Shown here: in pieces, positions 1 to 7,286 of the stretch | Position numbering within the stretch: position 1 is the first letter of the stretch | Layout: each line of letters opens with the position of its first letter | NCBI GenBank assembly: GCA_964463155.1 | Contig: CAYXAY010000004.1 | Span: forward strand, 12,456 to 34,565 | Reading direction: 5' to 3' | Length of the DNA: 22,110 bases | DNA from: an uncultured archaeon | Lineage (GTDB): Archaea > Iainarchaeota > Iainarchaeia > Iainarchaeales > CSSED10-239 | Program-made: the position numbers and the translations under genes | Notes under the pieces: model-generated | Database searches by the model: none | The model's input: the letters and a program-made list of their open reading frames with translations, nothing else | What the model was told of the DNA's origin: nothing

Positions 1-34
1 TACTTTAAATACCACATATCATATGTTTTTCCTA

Positions 35-691
35 TTATATCAATTTCTTTATTTCTAGTATCTTTTCTTTTTTTGCAACAATTAAAATCTTTTGATTCTC
101 TTCTAAGACATCATTGTCTTTATATACATTAAAAGAATTGTCCTTAAAATAACCTATAATGTTACTGTCCGTTGGGAGCAGTTCCTTTAGTTTTGATACA
201 TGAAGACCTGTTCTTTTCCCGCCTTTTTTGATTAAGAGCTCAATGATTTCTGCATCTCCCATTGAAAAGAAAGACAAATCAAGAATGTCTTTTTCTGTAA
301 CTAGTTGAGCGATATAGCCTGCTGCTGCATAGTCTGGTTGAATCACATAATCAATGCCTAATTTGTCAAAAGCCTCTTTTTGATAGTTTATTTTCCTTAG
401 CATCACTGCTACTGTTTTTATGCCGTATTCTTTTGCTACAAGACAAACAACAATATTTGCTTCATCACTTTCTGTTAATGCTACAAGGATGTCTGCGTGA
501 TCAAAGCCTGCTTTTTTTAAAACTGTGATGTCTGTGGGGTCACCAGTTATTGTTATAACCTCTGTTTCATAAGACAAAGATTTAGCAACCACTGGGTCTT
601 TCTCAATAACAACAACCTCGTGATCTTCAGCATCCAAAAGATTAATCAAATGCTTTGCAACTGTGCTTGTTCCTATTACTATTATATACAT
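35..691 (-). CDS. trkA: K+ uptake regulatory subunit, TrkA/KtrA-like (RCK_N + RCK_C)
   Basis: 218-aa ORF. It has a Rossmann-like start (MYIIVIGTSTVAKHL), the later strands DHADILVALT and ANIVVCLVAK, and a C-terminal RCK_C-like segment of about 70 aa. Size and layout match KtrA/TrkA. The ATG lies 1 nt after the trkH stop, and an AGGAGG sits inside the trkH 3' end, which indicates translational coupling. The glycine motif is degenerate (G-T-S-T-V-A instead of GxGxxG). Confidence 0.8.
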   Translation of the reverse strand: MYIIVIGTSTVAKHLINLLDAEDHEVVVIEKDPVVAKSLSYETEVITITGDPTDITVLKKAGFDHADILVALTESDEANIVVCLVAKEYGIKTVAVMLRKINYQKEAFDKLGIDYVIQPDYAAAGYIAQLVTEKDILDLSFFSMGDAEIIELLIKKGGKRTGLHVSKLKELLPTDSNIIGYFKDNSFNVYKDNDVLEENQKILIVAKKEKILEIKKLI

Positions 692-692
692 T

Positions 693-2132
693 TTATTTTC
701 CTCCTAATTTTTGGAATAACATTCCAATTAAGCCAAAGATTGGAATTATTTCTAGTCTTCCAACCCACATGTTTAACATCAATATTAGTTTTGGTATTAT
801 AGGCAATGTTGTGTTTGATATCCCTGTAGTTATACCTACATTTCCTTGGGCAGAAACAACTTCAAAAACGCTACTTGCAAGAGGGTAACCAAAAGATGCA
901 AGAGCAATTACTCCAATAATAATAAAACCCATATAACTGATTATGAAAAAATATAAAAGCTTAATATCGTTTGTGTTGACTATCTCCCCTCCGTGTCTTT
1001 TGGGGGTGTTTGCAAGGTCAGGAAGCCTTAACTCTCTTATTTGCCAAACAAGAGACTTAACAAAAAGAATAAATCGGCTTTGCTTTATTCCACCAGTTGT
1101 TGAATTGGTAGACCCACCTATAAACATTAGAATTATTGCAATAAAGAACAATAGAGGCACAAGTGACATTATTGATTGCCCTAAAATTGATGTAAAGCCT
1201 CCGCAAGTAGCTACAGCAGTGACTAACAATAGTGTTGTTGACCAGTTATATTGTGTTCTTAACACAAAATAAAAAATAATAAATGAAATAAATATAAGTA
1301 ATAACATTACATAAAATTGGTTGTCTTTAATATAACTAATTATTGACTTTGATTTGATTGAAAAATAATGGGTGATAAATGATGTTGCGCCAAGTATCAT
1401 TATTATAACTAATGACAATTGAACATAAATCTGAGTAAGGTAATGCGTGTCTCCTGGCTGTCGGTGTCCTGTTGTTGATATTGCAGACATTGAAAAGCCA
1501 ATCGAATTAAAGAAATCAACTCCAGAGAATAATAAAAGAACTATACCAAGTATTGTTAGACCAATATAGATTAGCCAAAAATCAATTATTGTTTTCTTAA
1601 AACTGTGATGTATTAGATCATGTCCTTCAGCTTTTATTATTTTCTTTGACCCAAGTATATCATGACTTAACAAGCCATAATAGGCAATAAATACTATTCC
1701 TATTCCTCCAACCCAGCAAAGTAATGATCTCCAAAGTAATATGCTTTTTGCTGTTGGAAGATATGGAAGGGTTGTTAGTCCTGTTGTTGTTATTAATGAC
1801 ATTGCTTCAAACAAAGAATCAATAAAAGAATATCCAAAGAAAAGTAATGGTAATGCCGCAAAGACAGTAAAGATTAACCACACGCCACAGATTATAACAA
1901 GATAATGAATCATGTTTAATTGAACAACATCATTTTTCTTAATAAGCTTGTGCCAAATAAGTCCTATTAAAAAAACCATTAAAAAAATAACACTATAGGC
2001 TAATGTTATGTTTGTTCCTTCTTTTAGAATTATAGATAGAAACAATGGAATTAAAAATATGAAACTACTATAAAATATAATTTGACCTATTGTCCTTACA
2101 ATAGAATCAAAATACCATCTTGTGTAATACAT
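693..2132 (-). CDS. trkH: K+ transporter membrane subunit, TrkH/KtrB family
   Basis: 479-aa polytopic membrane protein. It carries four pore-loop motifs typical of the Trk/Ktr/HKT superfamily: TTTGLTT, STTGHRQ, STNSTTGGIKQSRF and AQGNVGITTG. It sits directly upstream of trkA. Confidence 0.88.
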   Translation of the reverse strand: MYYTRWYFDSIVRTIGQIIFYSSFIFLIPLFLSIILKEGTNITLAYSVIFLMVFLIGLIWHKLIKKNDVVQLNMIHYLVIICGVWLIFTVFAALPLLFFGYSFIDSLFEAMSLITTTGLTTLPYLPTAKSILLWRSLLCWVGGIGIVFIAYYGLLSHDILGSKKIIKAEGHDLIHHSFKKTIIDFWLIYIGLTILGIVLLLFSGVDFFNSIGFSMSAISTTGHRQPGDTHYLTQIYVQLSLVIIMILGATSFITHYFSIKSKSIISYIKDNQFYVMLLLIFISFIIFYFVLRTQYNWSTTLLLVTAVATCGGFTSILGQSIMSLVPLLFFIAIILMFIGGSTNSTTGGIKQSRFILFVKSLVWQIRELRLPDLANTPKRHGGEIVNTNDIKLLYFFIISYMGFIIIGVIALASFGYPLASSVFEVVSAQGNVGITTGISNTTLPIIPKLILMLNMWVGRLEIIPIFGLIGMLFQKLGGK

Positions 2133-2156
2133 CTTATTAAAATGAAAGTATAAAAC

Positions 2157-2170
2157 GTTTATATATTTTA
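2157..2170 (-). promoter_or_regulatory. TATA-like box for trkH
   Basis: The minus strand reads TAAAATATATAAAC and ends 23-24 nt upstream of the trkH ATG (2132). The 272-aa surface-protein gene, hisS and the AbrB-like ORF show similar TATA-to-start spacing (22-23 nt). Confidence 0.4.
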
Positions 2171-2179
2171 TCTTTTAAG

Positions 2180-2254
2180 CAGGCCGGGCGGGATTCGAAC
2201 CCGCGATCCCAAGCTTAGGAGGCTTGTGCACTATCCAAACTATGCTACCGACCT
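2180..2254 (-). tRNA. tRNA-Arg (anticodon CCU)
   Basis: 75-nt cloverleaf on the minus strand:
- acceptor AGGTCGG/CCGGCCT (one G-U pair)
- D arm GCAT-AGTTTGGATA-GTGC
- anticodon arm CAAGC-CTCCTAA-GCTTG
- variable loop GGATC
- T arm GCGGG-TTCGAAT-CCCGC
- discriminator G
No CCA is encoded. Confidence 0.92.
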
Positions 2255-2271
2255 TTTTCTTAAAAAAACAA

Positions 2272-2284
2272 CCTTTTTAAATAC
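2272..2284. promoter_or_regulatory. AT-rich TATA-like element in the divergent tRNA-Arg(CCU)/adk intergenic region
   Basis: CCTTTTTAAATAC lies about 20 nt from the tRNA 5' end (2254) on one side and about 27 nt from the ATG at 2311 on the other. It could serve either or both directions. Orientation cannot be decided by eye. Confidence 0.3.
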
Positions 2285-2310
2285 TAAGTTTTTCTATATA
2301 TTATATATTT

Positions 2311-2913
2311 ATGAGAGTGTTTAAAAATATAACGGCAACGCATATGACTAAAAAGATATTAATTATGCTTGGACCTGCAGGAAGCGGTAAAAGCACACAA
2401 GATGCCTTGATTGAGAAAGAGTTTGGATACAAACCATTTATTATGGGAGATATCTTAAGAGAAGAAGTTAAGAAAAAAACGGTTCTTGGCAAAAAAATAT
2501 ATGAATTGATAAAGGGAGGGCACCTTGTAACATTAGAAATGGCAAGCACCCTTATATTTGAAAAAGTAAAAAAATCAAAATCAAATAAAATAATCATGGA
2601 TGGGTTTCCAAGAGAATATTATCAATCAATAGTGTTTGATTATTTTTTAAAGACAAACAACTATAAGCTTCTAGGAGTTATTCATCTAAAACTTTCAAAA
2701 AAAGAAAGCACCAAAAGATTGTTATTAAGAAAAAGACATGATGACGAGATAAAAGCAATCCACCAAAGACTTAATGATTATCATGTCATCACTATGAAAG
2801 CAATAGATAAATATAGAACCGAAAAAAAACTGATTGAAATAAACGGAGAACAATCTATTGAAAATGTATTTAAGGAAATTAAAACCAAATTGAATAAGAT
2901 TAAAGGTATATAA
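2311..2913 (+). CDS. adk: Adenylate kinase (short-LID, bacterial/eukaryotic-type Adk family)
   Basis: Motifs present: P-loop GPAGSGKSTQ, MGDILREE, DGFPRE, and RKRHDDE...IHQRLNDY (short LID with no Zn cysteines). The internal ATG at 2344 (MTKKILIMLGPAGSGKST) gives the N-terminal length usual for Adk and may be the true start. Confidence 0.85.
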   Translation: MRVFKNITATHMTKKILIMLGPAGSGKSTQDALIEKEFGYKPFIMGDILREEVKKKTVLGKKIYELIKGGHLVTLEMASTLIFEKVKKSKSNKIIMDGFPREYYQSIVFDYFLKTNNYKLLGVIHLKLSKKESTKRLLLRKRHDDEIKAIHQRLNDYHVITMKAIDKYRTEKKLIEINGEQSIENVFKEIKTKLNKIKGI

Positions 2914-2916
2914 AAT

Positions 2917-4458
2917 ATGATTCCAGATCCAAGAATAATAGATAATATAAAAAAACTAAAAGAACTTGGAATGTCTGAAAATGATATTAGGGACAATTTG
3001 TTAAAGATGAATCTGTCTCCTGCTGATTGTGATGAACTTATTTTGACTGCTTCTATAAAAACTATAGAAAAAACAGAAAAAGAAAACAACGAAAAAAAAC
3101 CAGTCGCTAAAGATAATAAAAAGGAGAAACAGAAAACAAAAGAAGAAATTGATGTTATTGAAGAAGAAAAACTAGAGATTAAAGACAAAGAAGAAACAGA
3201 ACTTCCTGATAATCTTTTTGATGAAAATGTCAATATCGAACCGTTAAAGGAAGAAGAAGGTTTAAATATTAAAGAAATAATAAAAGAGGCTCCGGATGTT
3301 ACAAAAGGACTGGATTTCTCTAGTTATGATTATCAAAAAACCGATGACAAGTCAGAGACTGCTACAAAAAGTATTGTAGAGGACATTTGGAGTTCTGGTC
3401 TTGCAACAACAATCAACACGAAACTAAATGAAATAGATATTAAGCAAAATAAATTTGAAGAATATATAAAGAAAAAAATTTCAGAAGAAGTTGATAAGTT
3501 AAGAAAAATACAAGAAACCTCAAAACATCTTCTTATTAGTAAGATTGATGAAGAAGTTACTGAAAAAACTGGCGCCATTAACACTCAATTGATAAAGCAA
3601 CTTGCTCAAATTAAGATTGAGCTTGTTAAGATTAACAAAAAGGCAGAAGAGATAAACAGTGGCAAGAAAGAGGTTGACGAACTGATTAAAAGTCTACAAA
3701 CCATACAGACACAAGTTGTAGAAAACAATACCCGTTCTCAAGAGAACATCACTCAAATGATTGCAACAACTTCTGTAAAACTTAACTCAAAGATAAAAGA
3801 AATAAACGATATCTTGGCATTACAATCAAAGATAACCCAAGGGTTAATAAAAAACACACAAACAACAATAACTGATGAAGTAAAAAAACTTAGTGAGTTT
3901 AAGGAAGAACTAAACAACAAGGTTAATCCTCAACTGCTTTATGACAAGCTTAGCCAACTTGAAACATTCAAACAACAACTGGCAAGCAGATATGAAACTA
4001 GATTTGAAAATGTTAGAAACGAGTTTTTGGTTAAGGCAAGAGAGGCATTTAAGGAGGAGATTGAAAGCGAATTAAAGGAAGTAAAGAAAGTAAGGGAAAC
4101 AATTGTTTCAAAGACTGATCCTGAAATCATAAACAAAAAATTAGATGAACTTGATGGTTTTCAAACACAGCTTCTTTCTGCGATAGATGAAAAGATTTCA
4201 CAGTCTCTAAAGATTTACGAATCTGCAATTAACCAAAATATAAAAACAAAGATAAAAACATTGGATGAAGAAATATCAAAGGTTGAAAATGCAATTGCTA
4301 ATTTAGAGGTTGCAAAAGAAAAGGTTAATGAACTGAATCAATTTAGAGAACAGTTCCTTGCAATCATAGATAAAAACATTGAGAAAATGAACAACTCTAT
4401 TTCACAACTTGATAAGAAAATAAAAGAAATAGAAGAAAAACAAAAGATGCTAATCTAA
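2917..4458 (+). CDS. Long coiled-coil protein with a small helical N-terminal module; function unknown
   Basis: 513-aa ORF starting 3 nt after the adk stop. Residues 1-45 (IDNIKKLKELGMSENDIRDNLLKMNLSPADCDELIL) look like a three-helix UBA/TS-N-like bundle. A K/E-rich acidic linker follows, then about 350 aa of heptad-like K/E/I/L/N/Q sequence. No TM segment and no enzymatic motif. Confidence 0.7.
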   Translation: MIPDPRIIDNIKKLKELGMSENDIRDNLLKMNLSPADCDELILTASIKTIEKTEKENNEKKPVAKDNKKEKQKTKEEIDVIEEEKLEIKDKEETELPDNLFDENVNIEPLKEEEGLNIKEIIKEAPDVTKGLDFSSYDYQKTDDKSETATKSIVEDIWSSGLATTINTKLNEIDIKQNKFEEYIKKKISEEVDKLRKIQETSKHLLISKIDEEVTEKTGAINTQLIKQLAQIKIELVKINKKAEEINSGKKEVDELIKSLQTIQTQVVENNTRSQENITQMIATTSVKLNSKIKEINDILALQSKITQGLIKNTQTTITDEVKKLSEFKEELNNKVNPQLLYDKLSQLETFKQQLASRYETRFENVRNEFLVKAREAFKEEIESELKEVKKVRETIVSKTDPEIINKKLDELDGFQTQLLSAIDEKISQSLKIYESAINQNIKTKIKTLDEEISKVENAIANLEVAKEKVNELNQFREQFLAIIDKNIEKMNNSISQLDKKIKEIEEKQKMLI

Positions 4459-4459
4459 T

Positions 4460-6385
4460 TTATCTAGCTCTTTTATTTTTTATCGTGCTTGTTGCATATA
4501 AAAGAATCACCAACAGACAAACAACTATTATCCCCAAAAATATTGAATTTCTAAGAGTCAAATAACCAGTTAATTTTGATCTTGCTTTTGTGATTGTAGG
4601 TTCCTCTTTTTGATAACTTAAAGTTACTGGTTTTTCTAACACTCCCCCTGTATTTGAAACAAACCTTAGCTTTGCAGAGATATCTTCTTTTGGAATATCT
4701 CCAATTACTAGTCTTGCTGTCACTGTTTTTGTTTGACTAGGAGCTAATAATATGTCTGATTCAGTAATCAATTGAATGTTTTGCGGAATGTTTGTTAATT
4801 GAATTCTGTTGATTATTATATTAGTAGTTCCTGTGTTTTTTAAGGTTATCGCAAAATCTCTCGTCATGTCCTTGTCTATTGTTATTGTTTTTGGAAATGA
4901 CAATAGTTCTAATGTGATTATTGGCATGCTTCTTTGTATGTTTACATTATAGAATAGCTCTCCATAATATCCGCTGTCTCTTCCATTGACTTTTACATAA
5001 GTTCTTGAGTATCCTGTTTCTGTTCTGTCGCCTGCAGAAATAAATACACTAACAAGAGCAGAGGAACGCGGACTTACTGTCACTTTGCTTACTGAAGTTC
5101 TTATTCTTACATCATTATCTGCTTGAGTTGTTATTGTGAACTCGTCGCTTATATCCCCGTTGTTCTTTATTACAAATAATAGTTCTAAGTTTTGACCAAT
5201 TGCTAAGACTGGATCACTCCCAGTTATGCTTGTCAATTGGAAGGAAAAGTTTGGATTCACATATAGTCTTACTTTCTTTGTTATGCTGTTGATTCCATCA
5301 AAGAAAGTCAGTCTTATATCGTGTGTTCCTGAATTTATGTTTTTTATGGTCTTGAATGTGAAATTTATTGATCTAGATTCCCCCGGTAAAAGAGTAAACT
5401 GCATTGGAGTTATTATAATGTCAATGTCTTGGATTGTGTGTTCTTCTGAGATGTAAAATGTCTTTGTGCTTCTTGAGTTGTTTCTTAGGATATAGCTTGC
5501 TGTCTTTTCTTGCTCTTTATTGATATTGTAAGAGATTACTGACGGTCCAGAGACTGTAAAATTTATTTCTGTTTCTGGACAATCTGAGGCGTAAAGATAT
5601 ATCTTCTTTAAGTCTGTTATTGATTCGTTTTCTATCCTTAGTGTTAGAGGGAAAGACTCTCCCTGTTCTGCAGTCTTTGGGACAGTTATGTAATAACCTA
5701 GGTCTTTTTCTTCCCTTAAATACACTGGATTGGAATAGTCTGAAGATATTGCAAGTCTTTGACTGTCCAAATAAATGTAGTATAGGTCATCCTGATAATC
5801 GTTTATTACTTCTAGATAAATCTTATTTGTTTTTCCTATGCATAAATCATAATCATATAGATCCACTTGGAAATCTCCATCTTCTTCATCTTCAGTTATC
5901 TCAATGTATGTGTGAAAGCTTTCTGTTGGTTGGTTAGTTGCATTTAATAGTTTTACATATATTCTTAATGTTGAATAAGACTCTTCTAATGCCCTTATAT
6001 AAAAAGAAGAAGCTGTCGTTGAATTTGCAGGCATTGTGAACTGCTTGGAATAATCGCATTCTAGTTCATCATCCTCATCTTCACAATCCGCAAAGACGAG
6101 AAGTTTTGCTTGAGCGTTATTGTTGTTTTCAATTGTAAAGCCAATCTTTAGACTAGTGTCTTCCATAATGGAATAGTTTTCTTTATCAAAGACAACATTA
6201 ATGTTGTCAATGTCTAGTTGTGTTTCAGCAAACACGACGCTTGTTGCAAACAGATACATTAAAATCAGAAATATGAAGATAAAGAGAGATTTTTGTTTGA
6301 AGTTTATCTTTTTTTTTTTTCTATTTTCATAATCAATTATCTTTTTTTGCATGTGTTTCTCTTTCTTTTTATTTTTTAAAAACAT
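4460..6385 (-). CDS. Membrane-anchored cell-surface protein with repeated Ig-like/CARDB-NEW3-like beta-sandwich modules
   Basis: 641 aa. The basic N-terminus is followed by a signal-like hydrophobic segment (LFIFIFLILMYLFATSVVFA|ETQ). About 5-6 beta-rich modules carry the x-[IV]-x-N-x-[GS] pattern (FVIKNNGDISDEF, ITLKNTGTTNI, LRIENESITD). The C-terminus has a TM segment (IFLGIIVVCLLVILLYATSTI) and a basic tail (KNKRAR). An alternative start at 6352 (MQKK) avoids the 17-nt overlap with the upstream gene. Confidence 0.75.
   Translation of the reverse strand: MFLKNKKKEKHMQKKIIDYENRKKKKINFKQKSLFIFIFLILMYLFATSVVFAETQLDIDNINVVFDKENYSIMEDTSLKIGFTIENNNNAQAKLLVFADCEDEDDELECDYSKQFTMPANSTTASSFYIRALEESYSTLRIYVKLLNATNQPTESFHTYIEITEDEEDGDFQVDLYDYDLCIGKTNKIYLEVINDYQDDLYYIYLDSQRLAISSDYSNPVYLREEKDLGYYITVPKTAEQGESFPLTLRIENESITDLKKIYLYASDCPETEINFTVSGPSVISYNINKEQEKTASYILRNNSRSTKTFYISEEHTIQDIDIIITPMQFTLLPGESRSINFTFKTIKNINSGTHDIRLTFFDGINSITKKVRLYVNPNFSFQLTSITGSDPVLAIGQNLELLFVIKNNGDISDEFTITTQADNDVRIRTSVSKVTVSPRSSALVSVFISAGDRTETGYSRTYVKVNGRDSGYYGELFYNVNIQRSMPIITLELLSFPKTITIDKDMTRDFAITLKNTGTTNIIINRIQLTNIPQNIQLITESDILLAPSQTKTVTARLVIGDIPKEDISAKLRFVSNTGGVLEKPVTLSYQKEEPTITKARSKLTGYLTLRNSIFLGIIVVCLLVILLYATSTIKNKRAR
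6309..6320 (-). repeat. A12 homopolymer (T12 on the plus strand) inside the 5' coding region of the 641-aa surface-protein gene
   Basis: The minus strand reads AGA AAA AAA AAA AAG and encodes R-K-K-K-K. It lies between both candidate start codons and the signal-peptide hydrophobic core. Confidence 0.95.
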
Positions 6386-7187
6386 ATTTTATGTATCTTG
6401 TTGTAAATGACAATACTAGGATTATAAGAATAAATATAAGGATTATCTGAAAGACTATATCGTTAAAGACAGTTACAAGGTTTATTGCGCCAAAAGAAAA
6501 TAATCCAGTAAATATTGATTTTTCTTCTTGTGGCTTTTCTTTTTTTGGGAGCTCTATGTCTACTGTTCCATAAACGCTATTACATCTATATTCTAATTTT
6601 GTTTCTTTTAACTTTGTTTTAAATACCCTTACTATTGAGCTTTCTGAGTTTTTTGGGGCAGTTAGTTTTCCTAGGGGGTATTCTAGGTTTATGTCTTTTA
6701 ATGCTATGATGTCTATGTCTTGATCTCTGTTGGTTGAATTTTTAAAAGTCAATTCAAGTTTATAATTGTCTGACTCTTTTACATAGATTACTGTTGATTG
6801 TAAATCAATTGGACAAACTCTGTTTGCCTTTTGGATAATTTCAAAATTTATTTTATTGTAGTAAGTTGCAGAACTGATTTCTATGCTTGAGTTATATGTG
6901 GATTGCAATTGATTGCTTAATTGGGTAATTTTTAGAGTTATTTTTTTTGTGGAATTTGGAGATATTGTGATTCTTTCTTCTAAAAACTCGGAAGGATAAG
7001 GCGCAGTGTAAGATTTTAGAGAATATGTGTTTGTTGTGCTTGTTGTATTGTAAAGATATAGGTCCACAGAAATAGGGGTATTTACTAAAGTTATTGTTTT
7101 TGGGAAAGTCACTGATAACTCTTGTGCATTAGTAAACGGGGTTGCTAAATAAATTATTAAGATTAACAATAATATTTTTTTTAACAT
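6369..7187 (-). CDS. Membrane-anchored surface protein, smaller paralog-like partner of the 641-aa protein
   Basis: I start the gene at the internal ATG at 7187 (MLKKILLLILIIYLATPFTNAQ|E, a clean signal peptide) rather than at 7280. A TATA-like box ends 23 nt upstream of this ATG. The body is beta-rich and sequon-rich. The C-terminus has a TM segment and the basic tail RYIKYVFKK. Confidence 0.72.
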   Translation of the reverse strand: MLKKILLLILIIYLATPFTNAQELSVTFPKTITLVNTPISVDLYLYNTTSTTNTYSLKSYTAPYPSEFLEERITISPNSTKKITLKITQLSNQLQSTYNSSIEISSATYYNKINFEIIQKANRVCPIDLQSTVIYVKESDNYKLELTFKNSTNRDQDIDIIALKDINLEYPLGKLTAPKNSESSIVRVFKTKLKETKLEYRCNSVYGTVDIELPKKEKPQEEKSIFTGLFSFGAINLVTVFNDIVFQIILIFILIILVLSFTTRYIKYVFKK

Positions 7188-7207
7188 GTACTTTTCACTT
7201 CTTACCG

Positions 7208-7220
7208 TTATAATATATAA
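7208..7220 (-). promoter_or_regulatory. TATA-like box for the 272-aa surface-protein gene
   Basis: The minus strand reads TTATATATTATAA and ends 23 nt upstream of the ATG at 7187. There is no Shine-Dalgarno sequence in between, which fits a leaderless mRNA. Confidence 0.45.
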
Positions 7221-7286
7221 TGTAGTGAGAAATGCTTTTAAACCCAATCCATTACTAGAAGTAGTTAATTTTGGTCGCAACCCTGT

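Noticed and set aside
620-1272. Plus-strand ORFs 620..802, 655..888 and 943..1272
   Set aside because: They lie antisense inside trkA/trkH. Their translations are low-complexity and Leu/Phe/Ile-rich, as expected from reading an AT-rich membrane-protein gene backwards. They have no start context.
2301-4136. Minus-strand ORFs 2301..2597, 2781..3233, 3333..3584 and 3939..4136
   Set aside because: These are shadow ORFs antisense to adk and the coiled-coil gene. Their Ser/Phe/Ile-rich translations mirror the K/E-rich sense strand.
5226-5937. Plus-strand ORFs 5226..5456 and 5620..5937
   Set aside because: They lie antisense within the 641-aa surface-protein gene, with no motif or start signal.
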